Below, in pieces: positions 26,649 to 36,559 of a stretch of 64,000 nt of DNA. The first letter of the stretch is position 1. Every line of letters starts with the position of its first letter. The DNA comes from Candidatus Cloacimonadales bacterium (GTDB taxonomy: Bacteria > Cloacimonadota > Cloacimonadia > Cloacimonadales > JAFGVF01), in NCBI GenBank assembly GCA_963667035.1, contig OY762964.1, positions 2,944,001 to 3,008,000 of the forward strand, read 5' to 3'. The notes beneath the pieces were generated by a model. That model had not been told where the DNA came from and ran no database searches. It saw only the letters and a list, made by a program, of their open reading frames with translations. Both the position numbers and the translations under genes were made by a program.

Positions 26649-27605
26649 ATGAAAAAGATAATAATAATAGCAATGATTAGTCTGCTTATAAGCAGTCTTT
26701 TAGCCGATAAATATGCAGGAGAAATATTCAGACTTCGTGCTGGTGTAAGAAATTATGCTTTAGGCAACACAGGTGTTACTGATAAAAACTCTACAGCTTT
26801 AGCTGTTCGTAATCCCGCATTAATCCCTTACAATTCAAACAATTCTTTCGAATTCATGCATGCCGAAGAATATGATGGCATGCTCAAGTATGACACTTTC
26901 AGTTTTAATGGGAATGGAAATCTCCCATTTTCAGCTGTAGTAACAAGAATAGGCATTAATGATATTCCTATTACAAAACTTGAGAACGAAGATGAAGATG
27001 TTTCTGCTTCTAATAAACCCTTTGTTGATAGATACGTTAACAACAGCGATTACATTCTCTATTTCGGGTATGGAAGAGTTGTTAATGAAAAGCTCTCAAT
27101 TGGGGTAACACCTAAAATTGCATATAGAGATTTAGCCGGTGAAACAGGATACGGTTTTGGTCTTGATTTAGGGTTACTATATCAGTTTAACAAAAACTTG
27201 TTCGGTGGTTTAAAGATTAATGATGCGTTTACTACGCAGATAATTTGGGCTGATGCGGATAATGAGCTGGTGGTACCTTCAGTAGATTTGGAATTCAGTT
27301 ATGAGAATGTTTTTAATAGGAAAGGGCTTTATGGAGTCAAGCTTATTGGAATGTCTGAGATTATTACTGATTTCCCTGAGGATGATATAACTGCACAAAT
27401 TGGAGATTTAGGTCTTGATTTTCATGCAGGTATAGAATATGCTCCGATAGAGAATCTGCAAGTTCTTATGGGATATGATGTCGACAATATTACTGCCGGT
27501 CTAGGATTTCAACTCAATAATTATATGTTAACTTATGCTTATGAACATGAACTAGAGGAAGATTTAGATAACTCGCATAGAATCTCAGCCGGAGTTAGAT
27601 TCTAG
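26649..27605 (+). CDS. PorV/PorQ-like outer-membrane beta-barrel protein
   Basis: Signal peptide, GVRNYALG..NPA motif, GFGLDLGLLY, C-terminal SHRISAGVRF. Confidence 0.75.
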   Translation: MKKIIIIAMISLLISSLLADKYAGEIFRLRAGVRNYALGNTGVTDKNSTALAVRNPALIPYNSNNSFEFMHAEEYDGMLKYDTFSFNGNGNLPFSAVVTRIGINDIPITKLENEDEDVSASNKPFVDRYVNNSDYILYFGYGRVVNEKLSIGVTPKIAYRDLAGETGYGFGLDLGLLYQFNKNLFGGLKINDAFTTQIIWADADNELVVPSVDLEFSYENVFNRKGLYGVKLIGMSEIITDFPEDDITAQIGDLGLDFHAGIEYAPIENLQVLMGYDVDNITAGLGFQLNNYMLTYAYEHELEEDLDNSHRISAGVRF

Positions 27606-28759
27606 TGTCATCCAGAATTAGAATTGCTATTGCGGGAGTAACAGGATCTATTGGCTCATCAACAATAAAGATTATTCGTCAGCATAGTGATAGATTTGAA
27701 ATTGTGCTAGCTTCTGCTCATAGCAATAAAGAGAAACTGATTGAACTAGCAAATGAGTTTAACATAAATAACTTAGTTCTCACCGGTGGTTCTAAAACTG
27801 TCGGTGAGAATAGAAACTTCAACTTATATTTTGGCTCGGAGGAGTTGTATAAATTAATAGTTGATTTAGATTATGACATCTTCTTAAATGCTATGCCCGG
27901 ATCAAGTGGATTAATGACATCATTTCATGTTTTAAAATCAGGACATAAGCTAGCATTAGCTAATAAAGAATCACTCGTACTTGCAGGTCATATCCTGACA
28001 GAAATGGCAAAAGCCAATAATCATATCATTTTACCGATTGATAGTGAACATAGTGCAATCTTTCAGGCTATTGGTTCTCATAAAAATAGTGAGATTAGAA
28101 AACTGCATATTACTGCTTCCGGAGGTGCTTTCAGGGATTTACCCTTAAATAAGTTTAAGGATATCAAGTATGAAGATGCTATAACCCATCCTGTATGGAA
28201 CATGGGAGTTAAAGTCACTATTGATTCTGCAACAATGATGAATAAGGGACTGGAATGTATTGAGGCAAGATGGCTTTTCGATATTGATTACAACAGAATA
28301 GAACCTGTAATTCATCCTCAATCAATTATTCATTCCATGGTGGAGTTCAGAGATGGGTCTATTATTGCACAGATGAGCAATCCTTCTATGGAACTACCAA
28401 TACTATATGCTTTTAGCTATCCTGAAAGAATTGAATCCTCAAATGTAAAAACTAATATTCTGAATCTACCCGATTTATCATTCAGGGAAGTGGACTTCTT
28501 GCGATATCCTCTTCTAAAATTGGCTTTGAAGGTTGCCAGAAAAGGTGGAGTACTTCCTACGGTAATGAATGCTGCCAATGAAGCTGCCTTACAGCTATTT
28601 GAAGAGAGATTGATAAGATTTGTAGATATCTATAAAGTAGTCGATATGGTTGTTCAAAGAGTTGGAAATGTACTATCTCCGGATATAGAGACAATTCTTG
28701 AATACAACATAAGAGCTTATAAATTAGCCTTGGAGATTGGAAAACAGTTTAGATTATGA
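27605..28759 (+). CDS. dxr: 1-deoxy-D-xylulose-5-phosphate reductoisomerase
   Basis: GVTGSIG, LANKESLV, PIDSEHSAIFQ, HPVWNMG.K.TIDSATMMNKGLE, NAANE. Confidence 0.97.
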   Translation: MSSRIRIAIAGVTGSIGSSTIKIIRQHSDRFEIVLASAHSNKEKLIELANEFNINNLVLTGGSKTVGENRNFNLYFGSEELYKLIVDLDYDIFLNAMPGSSGLMTSFHVLKSGHKLALANKESLVLAGHILTEMAKANNHIILPIDSEHSAIFQAIGSHKNSEIRKLHITASGGAFRDLPLNKFKDIKYEDAITHPVWNMGVKVTIDSATMMNKGLECIEARWLFDIDYNRIEPVIHPQSIIHSMVEFRDGSIIAQMSNPSMELPILYAFSYPERIESSNVKTNILNLPDLSFREVDFLRYPLLKLALKVARKGGVLPTVMNAANEAALQLFEERLIRFVDIYKVVDMVVQRVGNVLSPDIETILEYNIRAYKLALEIGKQFRL

Positions 28760-28789
28760 TTCACGGTAAATTTAGTTAAGGAGGATAGT

Positions 28790-29608
28790 GTGATAAGTGA
28801 TAAAATGATTCGGGAAGCAAATAGAATAGCTTGGAATGAAGTCATGCCATATCATAGAAAAGCTAAAGATTCCGAATGGGATAACAGTTTCTCCGATCCT
28901 CAATATGTTTATCAGAATGATATTGAACTAAGTGAGTTGAATCGCCTTGGTTTTATAGGGAAAGACATTGTTCATCTATGTTGTAACAATGGGATAGAAC
29001 TTCTTTCTCTAAAACGTCTTGGAGCAGGTAGATGTGTCGGATTTGATATTTCTGATGAAGCTATAAAAGATGCCAAGAAACGTGCCAAAAGATTCATGAT
29101 TCCTGTAGAATTTTATCAGTCTGACGTGTTTGAAATTGCTGAGGACTTTGATTGTAGTTTCGATATTGTTTATATAACTATTGGAGCTCTTGTGTGGTTA
29201 CCTGATTTAGAGGAGTTTTTTGCCATTGCTAATCGCTTGTTAAGATCCAATGGGAAGCTTTTTATCTATGATTCACATCCTTTCTCGGAAGTTCTACCAT
29301 TCAATGTAAATTCAGATTGCATACATCCTGAAATTTGCAACGATTATTTTGTTGAAGGATACGCGATGTACAATGATGGGATAGATTACTATGGAGGCGT
29401 AGATTATAAGGGGGAGGATAATTTTCAGTTTGTTCATACTCTTAGTAACATAATAAATGCAATTCTATCTAATGGCTTCTTTCTAAGAAGATTTATGGAA
29501 TATGATAATGATATCTCCAATGGTCTTGAGTGGGCAGAAAAACTTGATTTGAAAATACCATTATCTTATATTCTCATAGCAGAAAAAATGGAATGTGTGG
29601 AAGCATAG
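28790..29608 (+). CDS. Class I SAM-dependent methyltransferase
   Basis: HLCCNNG..GFDIS motif I/II, FDIVYITIGALVWLPDL. Confidence 0.85.
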   Translation: MISDKMIREANRIAWNEVMPYHRKAKDSEWDNSFSDPQYVYQNDIELSELNRLGFIGKDIVHLCCNNGIELLSLKRLGAGRCVGFDISDEAIKDAKKRAKRFMIPVEFYQSDVFEIAEDFDCSFDIVYITIGALVWLPDLEEFFAIANRLLRSNGKLFIYDSHPFSEVLPFNVNSDCIHPEICNDYFVEGYAMYNDGIDYYGGVDYKGEDNFQFVHTLSNIINAILSNGFFLRRFMEYDNDISNGLEWAEKLDLKIPLSYILIAEKMECVEA

Positions 29609-29673
29609 TTAAAACTTAAGCAGATTAACAGATGCGTGTAAAATAATTTGACTTGACGTTGTCTGAATAATTA

Positions 29674-30171
29674 ATGGAATATATTATGATAAATAATGTA
29701 AAGATTTTTGATTCCAGTCTTGTTTTTGCAGGAGTCGAAGTACAAGATAAAGAAACGTGTCTCAAAAAGATGGTAGAATTGCTTTATGAAAGGGGAGTCC
29801 TGAATAATAAGCAATCTTTTCTGAAGACAGTAATGGAAAGAGAAGCGATTATGAGCACAGGCATAGGTCGTGCAGTCGCATTACCCCATGGAAGGAGTGA
29901 ACTGGTCTCAACTGTTAGGTCCGTAGTGTTTTTATTGAATAAGGGTATAGACTTTCAGGCTGTTGATGATGAACCTGTTAGATTAGTAGTTCTTACAGCC
30001 TCTCCTAAACAAGAGAGTCATATTTACATGTTAATGCTTAAGCATTTAACAGAATACTTGAGACAAGCTTCAAACAGAGATGAACTGTTTGGAGTTAAAG
30101 ATAGTAATTATTTACTAAAGATTTTAAGAGGAATAGAAAATGAAGTTAATAAAGAGCTTAATAATAGGTAG
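29674..30171 (+). CDS. PTS IIA (fructose/nitrogen-regulatory type) domain protein
   Basis: EREAIMSTGIGRAVALPHG phospho-His motif, GIDFQAVDDEPV. Confidence 0.9.
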   Translation: MEYIMINNVKIFDSSLVFAGVEVQDKETCLKKMVELLYERGVLNNKQSFLKTVMEREAIMSTGIGRAVALPHGRSELVSTVRSVVFLLNKGIDFQAVDDEPVRLVVLTASPKQESHIYMLMLKHLTEYLRQASNRDELFGVKDSNYLLKILRGIENEVNKELNNR

Positions 30172-31072
30172 TCTTTTACTGCTTATCTTCTCACTAAATG
30201 CAATTGATGATAATGCCGGGACTAACGGTTTTAACTTCCTTAAAATTAACTATTCAGCAAAAGCTGCTGCTCTCGGAGGAGCATATACTGCAATGAGTGG
30301 AGAGATTGATGCTTTTCATTATAATCCTGCCACTCTGAAGGAATTAGATGGACGTTATGTCAGTTCTTCGTATATAAGTTATTTTGAAGGCTATAACGGG
30401 GGCTCTATAATATATGGAAAGCCTCTTGAAAATACTACTTTTGCCATATTCGGGGAATATATAAACAGTGGGGACATAGACAAGTATGATTCTGATGGAA
30501 TTAGTGAAGGCAAGTTTAATGGATCGGATCTACTGTTTGGAGCATCCTTATCTAAAGTCATCCACCCAATGTTAACTTTTGGCGTTAATGCAAAATATCT
30601 TATGGAAACGATTGATGATAATAGTGCTACGGCCATTGCTTTTGATCTTGGGATAATACACCAACCGGAGAATAAGAAAATGAAGGTAGGTTTAGCTATA
30701 AGAAATATTGGCTACCAAATCATTCATTTCTCTGACTCAGATTACGAAGAAAAATTCCCTTTAACGTATGCAGCAGGATTAAGATACTTGTTTGATGAAA
30801 AGACGGTTGCTAATATAGAAATTGATAAAGCTTATGGTCAAGAGATTGGGGGAGCAGTAGGCTTCGAATCAATGATACATCCCATGTTTGCACTTAGGGC
30901 TGGATATAAGCTTGATGCAGATGATTGGAGAACAGGATCTGATACTGATTTCTTAGCCGGAACATCTTTCGGATTTGGTTTCTTCTGGAATCAGTTTGTA
31001 TTGGATTATGCCGTATCAGGATATGGTGACTTAGGATATGTCAATCAGGTTTCTTTGAAGCTTGCTTTTTAA
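30140..31072 (+). CDS. PorV/PorQ-family outer-membrane beta-barrel protein
   Basis: FLKINYSAKAAALGGAY...YNPATL, AFDLGII, FALRAGY, C-terminal SLKLAF. Confidence 0.82.
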   Translation: MKLIKSLIIGSLLLLIFSLNAIDDNAGTNGFNFLKINYSAKAAALGGAYTAMSGEIDAFHYNPATLKELDGRYVSSSYISYFEGYNGGSIIYGKPLENTTFAIFGEYINSGDIDKYDSDGISEGKFNGSDLLFGASLSKVIHPMLTFGVNAKYLMETIDDNSATAIAFDLGIIHQPENKKMKVGLAIRNIGYQIIHFSDSDYEEKFPLTYAAGLRYLFDEKTVANIEIDKAYGQEIGGAVGFESMIHPMFALRAGYKLDADDWRTGSDTDFLAGTSFGFGFFWNQFVLDYAVSGYGDLGYVNQVSLKLAF

Positions 31073-31098
31073 ATAAATAATAAACGGAGATAACATCG

Positions 31099-33195
31099 TT
31101 GGAGAAACATACATTTCTATTTGAAGTAGGTATCGAAGAGATACCTGCTTCTTATATTAAACCGGCTATCACAAAACTATCAGATTATATTTCATCCAAA
31201 CTCAAAGAGTTTAATCTAACTTTTGACCGAGTAACACCATTCTCAACTCCTAGACGGCTAGCAATTATTGTTAACGAATTGCAGACGATACAAAAGGACA
31301 AGACTATTGAGAAAACAGGCCCGGCAATTAGAGTTGCTTTTGATGAAAATAAGAAGCTGACTAAAGCAGGACAAGGATTCCTAAGAGGTGCCGGAGCTAC
31401 TGAGGAAGACTTATTCATTAAAGAAACTCCTAAAGGTGATTATATTGCTGTCAGAATTGAAGTAAAAGGTAAATCAACTGAGGAAATCCTAATTACTCTA
31501 CTTCCGGAGGCTGTAAAACAGATTACCTTTCCTAAAACAATGAGATGGGGCAATCACAGTATGAACTTCGCTCGTCCTGTACGTTGGATAATTGCTATGA
31601 TGGATGAAAGAGTTATTCCGGTAAAAGTTGAGCATTTGGAAGCAAGTGACAAAACCTATGGTAATAGGTTTGTCGATGTTTCATACGAGCTTACAATCCC
31701 GGATGCTGAATTATATGAGCAAGTGACTCAAGCGGGATTTGTGATTGCAAATAGTGATAAGCGTAAAGAAATGATAGTAGAAAAGGTTGTAGAACTTTTA
31801 AGCGATACAGGTTTAACAATGATACCTGATGAGAGATTACTTGATACTGTCTGTAATCTAGTTGAGTATCCAACTCCTGTTCTTGCTGAGTTTCCTGTTA
31901 ACTATTTAAGTCTTCCGGATAAAATTATAACTTCTACTATAAGCCAAAACCAAAAATACTTCTCTTTAAAAGATACTAACGGTAACCTTTCCAATAAATT
32001 CGTCTTTATATCTAATGGAAACCCTAGTTATTCAGACATTATAAGGGATGGTAATGAGAAAGTTGTCAGAGCCAGACTCGAGGATGCAGGATTCTATTAT
32101 CAGGAAGATACTAAGTATTCACTTGCTGATTTTGTACCTAGGCTGGAAGAGGTTACTTTCCAAGCAAGTCTTGGAACAGTTAAAGAGAAGAGTGACAGGG
32201 TTATTGATATAGTAAGATATATGTGTGAAGAGCTGGATTTACCTGCCGAAACAAAGTTAAAAGCAGAACGCTGTGCTCTATTAGCAAAGGCTGACCTTGT
32301 AACTATGATGTTAGGAGAAAAAGAATTCACTAAGCTTCAGGGATACATTGGTATGAAATACGCTTTAGCTACCGGAGAAGATAAAGATGTAGCACTTGGC
32401 ATTTATGAGCATTATATGCCTAGAGGACAAAATGACTCTCTTCCAAGTTCTGAACTGGGTGCTCTTGTTGCTGTTGCTGATAAATTAGATACTGTTTGTG
32501 GAATAATTGGGGTGGATGTCATCCCTACCGGTTCGAATGACCCTTTTGCTTTAAGAAGAGCTGCTAATGGTGTCGTACAGATTATCGAGGACTATCAGTG
32601 GAATTTGGATTTATCAAAATTGGTTAGCAAGGCTTTTCAAAATGTTGAAAGCAAGCTTCCAAAACCAAATAACAACAAGGATTTTGTTCTAAACTTCTTT
32701 AATCAAAGAACAAGCTGGTTACTTCAACAGTATAAAGTTGATTATGACATTATAGATAGTGTGCTTCACATAGAAGGCTCAAGTATTGCTTCATTGAAAC
32801 AGCGTGCCATGGATTTGCAATCGTTTAAGACAAATCCAGAATTTGTTACTCTAGTTCTAGGTTTTAAAAGAGTATCAAATATTATTGCGAAAGTGGATAG
32901 TATTTGTGATTTCTCTGAAAGCCTATTGGTCGATGAGGCAGAGAAAGCTCTCTATAATGAATATATTAAGCTTTCTGATAACGTTAGAGTAAACTTAGTG
33001 AAGGGTGCTTATCGAAAGATAATGGACTCTTTAGTTGATTTCGGGACTTGTATTGATCGCTTCTTTGATGAAGTTCTTGTTAATACCGATAATGAAGAAA
33101 TCAGAAACAACAGATACTCGCTCTTATCCAAGATAAGAGAACTATTTTTGAATGTCTCTGATCTTAATAAAATAGTTGTCGAAGGAAATGAATAA
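31099..33195 (+). CDS. glyS: Glycine--tRNA ligase beta subunit
   Basis: FEVGIEEIPA, TPRRLA, FPKTMRWG..FARPVRW, GNEKVVRARLEDA, PTGSNDPFALRRAA. Confidence 0.97.
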   Translation: MEKHTFLFEVGIEEIPASYIKPAITKLSDYISSKLKEFNLTFDRVTPFSTPRRLAIIVNELQTIQKDKTIEKTGPAIRVAFDENKKLTKAGQGFLRGAGATEEDLFIKETPKGDYIAVRIEVKGKSTEEILITLLPEAVKQITFPKTMRWGNHSMNFARPVRWIIAMMDERVIPVKVEHLEASDKTYGNRFVDVSYELTIPDAELYEQVTQAGFVIANSDKRKEMIVEKVVELLSDTGLTMIPDERLLDTVCNLVEYPTPVLAEFPVNYLSLPDKIITSTISQNQKYFSLKDTNGNLSNKFVFISNGNPSYSDIIRDGNEKVVRARLEDAGFYYQEDTKYSLADFVPRLEEVTFQASLGTVKEKSDRVIDIVRYMCEELDLPAETKLKAERCALLAKADLVTMMLGEKEFTKLQGYIGMKYALATGEDKDVALGIYEHYMPRGQNDSLPSSELGALVAVADKLDTVCGIIGVDVIPTGSNDPFALRRAANGVVQIIEDYQWNLDLSKLVSKAFQNVESKLPKPNNNKDFVLNFFNQRTSWLLQQYKVDYDIIDSVLHIEGSSIASLKQRAMDLQSFKTNPEFVTLVLGFKRVSNIIAKVDSICDFSESLLVDEAEKALYNEYIKLSDNVRVNLVKGAYRKIMDSLVDFGTCIDRFFDEVLVNTDNEEIRNNRYSLLSKIRELFLNVSDLNKIVVEGNE

Positions 33196-33206
33196 TCGGA
33201 GTAAAT

Positions 33207-33959
33207 ATGCACTGTAAGCATTGTAATAATAAACTCGAACCAACTCAAATCTGGTGCAATGAATGTGGACATCAATCTGAGTTACTTAAAAAAGACCTCT
33301 CATTTATAACAGTTTTAAAAGAGAGCTGGAGTAAATATAAAGGGAATATTAATCATAATTTGGCAATTGGTTTCATTCTTACTTTTTTAGCGATTATACC
33401 AATTATCATAGTTTCAATATTACATAACACCCTAGAGTTTAGTCATAAAAGTTTTGCTAATTACCTTATATACAATCTACTTTTTATAATCATCACTCCA
33501 CTGGCTTTTATCCCATTCAAAGTTTTCTCTGATTCGAGTGATGGCAAAGCAAGTATAAAGGATTTCTTTTCTAACTTCAAGTTTTATCCTCAGATGTTTC
33601 TTTTTGCCTTTGCCAACTTCTTAGCATTCTTTATTATCAAGTATGTTTGTATTGGTGACCCTATACTGAAGCTCGTGAGGATTGTGCTTGTTCTCTATTG
33701 GCCATCAATTGTACTCCCTGTGCCTTTTCTAATCAGTGAATATAAAATGAATCCTTTTAAAGCAATTCATTTATGCTATAAGAAACTTGGAGATGTTAGA
33801 TGGAAGCTTTTCTTTATATGGGTATTCCTATTACTTCTAAACATGCTTGGAGCAATACCATTCGGAATCGGTTTGTTGGTTACCTTGCCATTTAGTTATG
33901 TCTTAGTTAACAACTATGTTAGAAAGCTGATAGAGTTTAATATTATCGAAGTAAAGTAA
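33207..33959 (+). CDS. Zinc-ribbon-containing membrane protein
   Basis: CKHC...CNECG N-terminus, several TM helices, GIGLLVTLP motif. Confidence 0.7.
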   Translation: MHCKHCNNKLEPTQIWCNECGHQSELLKKDLSFITVLKESWSKYKGNINHNLAIGFILTFLAIIPIIIVSILHNTLEFSHKSFANYLIYNLLFIIITPLAFIPFKVFSDSSDGKASIKDFFSNFKFYPQMFLFAFANFLAFFIIKYVCIGDPILKLVRIVLVLYWPSIVLPVPFLISEYKMNPFKAIHLCYKKLGDVRWKLFFIWVFLLLLNMLGAIPFGIGLLVTLPFSYVLVNNYVRKLIEFNIIEVK

Positions 33960-33985
33960 ATATCATTTATCGAATAAACTTTATA

Positions 33986-34013
33986 TGCGAAGGCAATTGC
34001 CTTCGCATTTTTT
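33986..34013 (+). terminator. Intrinsic terminator
   Basis: atgcgaaggcaa/ttgccttcgcat palindrome followed by a T-run. Confidence 0.75.
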
Positions 34014-34345
34014 ATTAATAGAACAGTCAAATCAAATAGGTGTAACAATTGTATACATATGTATACAATCTGTAAAGAACGTATACAAAATAGAATATTC
34101 TAATCGTGATGTATATCACTATACAGCTTTAAAGTTAACTAAATCATAGTGTTATGGTGGTATGTAAAGTTGCAGTAACTGATGTTGCATAGTGTTATTA
34201 CCTAGATAACTGACACCAAAATTAACGAATCAGGTAAAAATCCATTTTCCAGAGTATATTCATAAAAAAAATATGAATTTATATCTGCATGATATTCAAT
34301 GATATATAGTGCTATGGAAAATATTTGTTACAAAATTATTCCTTT

Positions 34346-34361
34346 TGGAACGGCTGTTGCT
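34346..34361 (+). promoter_or_regulatory. Putative sigma54 (-24/-12) promoter
   Basis: TGGAACGGCTGTTGCT has exact GG-N10-GC spacing and is close to the consensus TGGCACG-N4-TTGCW. Confidence 0.7.
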
Positions 34362-34371
34362 TTATTATAGT

Positions 34372-34497
34372 TTGATTGCAGTTTGCAAGATAATTAAGGT
34401 AGTTTCCTACCTCCTTCTATCTTAATTATCATCCCCTTCAATAACGGATACCTCCTTGAAGTCCCAGCCCCCCCTGACTGGGACTTTCCTTTTTTTC
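34372..34497 (+). ncRNA. Candidate sigma54-dependent sRNA with two anti-SD (TACCTCCTT) motifs
   Basis: 14-bp stem 34389-34402/34417-34430 with TACCTCCTT in the loop, second TACCTCCTT at 34449, terminator aagtcccag/ctgggactt plus T-run. Confidence 0.6.
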
Positions 34498-34541
34498 TTT
34501 ACAGCATTTGAAACTTCCATATTTGTATTCTCAGGAGTGAT

Positions 34542-35861
34542 ATGAAAAAACGTAATTACTTATTAATGGCTACTGATTTGATAATTCCTGTTTTGCTTCT
34601 CATCATCATAACTATTCTATTTAGAAGTAAAAATTGGGATATACTGATTCAATACAAGTTCTGGTCGAACACGAGTGGATGGTATCTTAAAGATACTTTC
34701 CCATGGAGACAACTCTATCTTTACGGGAACATCCCTGCTTTATTAATTTCGTTAACGGCTTTGATTGTGTATTGCTTGAGTTTCTTTAAGCATGGATTGG
34801 TTAAATATCATAAACTTTCCGCATATTTGATAGCTGTTATGATACTTGGTCCCGGTATAATTATCAACAGTGTACTCAAACAGAATTGGGGACGTCCGAG
34901 ACCTCGTGATGTTGTTGAGTTCGGTGGTTATTACCAGTTTGAGCAAATTTGTGATTATGATAGGTCAAGTGGTGGAAATTCATTTCCTTGTGGTCACGCC
35001 TCAATGGGATTCTTCTTCTTTGCACCAGCAATACTACTTAGAAGGAGTAAACTTAAGTTTTATGCTCTACTCCTATTTAGTTGGGTTTTTGGTCTTTCTA
35101 TAGGGCTAGCGAGAATTATACAAGGCGGGCATTTTGCTAGTGATGTAATATGGTCTGCTATGATTGTTTATTGGGTATCATATCTATTGTATTATGTTTT
35201 TGCATTAGATAAGAGTCTTTATTCTACTAAAGTAGTTTTTGAGAGGCTCAGGAATTCAAAGACTGTTGTTGCGTTAGCAATTACTTCAGCAATTCTGTTG
35301 ATTGGCTTAGTTTTTACTGCGTCTCCATATAATAGAACAAAGCGTTATGACAAATTTAACAACTTTAATCCTGCTGTTAAATCTATTTTCAATGTTAAGA
35401 TATTGGATGCTAATGTTCAGGTGAACTTCGACGACAATTTTGAGTATCTAATGAGTGTACAAGGATTTGGTTTTCCAGGCAGTAAACTTATGAATAAGTT
35501 CTCATCTTCTGTCTCCGATTCGATTCAAGTGTTTGATTGGAATCAGACTAAAAAGGGATTCTTCTCTGAGTTTAGTCAGCAAGGGGAACTTGAATTTCCT
35601 ACGGTCATGTCAGGTACTATAAATATAGAAATCACAGAAGGAGATTTATTGCTGAATTTAAAGGATTATGATTTAAAATCATTAGATCTTAATATTACTC
35701 TAGATAAAGGCAATTTGTTTATCTTTGATAAAGATGGTACTGGTTTTTATTATGAAATCAATGCTGTTAATGAAGATAAAGTATATTCCGGTGGTGGTAA
35801 CCATTCTATACGAGTTAAGGCAAAAGTAGCAAGTCAAGATAACTTTAAGTTAGACAAATGA
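34542..35861 (+). CDS. PAP2-family membrane phosphatase with a C-terminal soluble extension
   Basis: KQNWGRPRP, SFPCGHAS, ARIIQGGHFASDV motifs. Confidence 0.9.
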   Translation: MKKRNYLLMATDLIIPVLLLIIITILFRSKNWDILIQYKFWSNTSGWYLKDTFPWRQLYLYGNIPALLISLTALIVYCLSFFKHGLVKYHKLSAYLIAVMILGPGIIINSVLKQNWGRPRPRDVVEFGGYYQFEQICDYDRSSGGNSFPCGHASMGFFFFAPAILLRRSKLKFYALLLFSWVFGLSIGLARIIQGGHFASDVIWSAMIVYWVSYLLYYVFALDKSLYSTKVVFERLRNSKTVVALAITSAILLIGLVFTASPYNRTKRYDKFNNFNPAVKSIFNVKILDANVQVNFDDNFEYLMSVQGFGFPGSKLMNKFSSSVSDSIQVFDWNQTKKGFFSEFSQQGELEFPTVMSGTINIEITEGDLLLNLKDYDLKSLDLNITLDKGNLFIFDKDGTGFYYEINAVNEDKVYSGGGNHSIRVKAKVASQDNFKLDK

Positions 35862-36050
35862 TAGCATTGTATTTAACAATTAAAATATACAATGGTATTG
35901 GTTAGTTTTAGTTAAAAATAAATTGTGCTGTGTTACTGTAACCTAATTCTATTCATGGGAATCAAATACATGAACATTAAGTTCACAATAACACAGAGAT
36001 GAATAGAGTTGTAAAAAGGAACTTTACAAAATCGAACAGACTCTCTAGAA

Positions 36051-36176
36051 ATGATTAAACAATTTGCAGGATGGGTTTATCAGATTTGCTTAGAGAATGA
36101 GATGGAAAACCATTTAGGTTATACTTGTAATAGCTTTGAGCCCATAGAAACAGAAAACAGCATTATGTTGTATTGA
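36051..36176 (+). pseudogene. IS256-family transposase N-terminal remnant
   Basis: Translates to MIKQFAGWVYQICLENEMENHLGY...ENS, resembling the LEAEM.EHLGY...NSRNG IS256 N-terminus, then stops. Confidence 0.5.
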
Positions 36177-36559
36177 AGTATTGATTAAAACTATGAGATA
36201 AACATAGAAAAGTTAAATTGCTTTATATGATGAATTGTTTTCATTAGCTTACTAAGAAGTACATGCCATATCAATTTTTGTAATAATTTCCAATACAATA
36301 ACATTTTACGTATAACTACTCATTAACAGATATAATTTGCTTTTGTCTAATTTCCAATATCGCAAATTTAAATGTAACTAACTCATTGATGATAATATTT
36401 TTGTTGACATATAGTTAAGACACAACTAATTTCGTAAGGTTATATATGGTATAATTACATTGTATTTTATATATAAGAGGCTCTTGCCTCTAATCCGTTA
36501 TGAAGGGTACCTGTAATGGGGTACACATTTTGGAGGAAATTAAAAAGGAGAAGCAAAGT

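Noticed and set aside
31099..33195. glyS without an adjacent glyQ
   Set aside because: Unlinked glyQ and glyS occur in many bacteria; glyQ is probably elsewhere in the genome.
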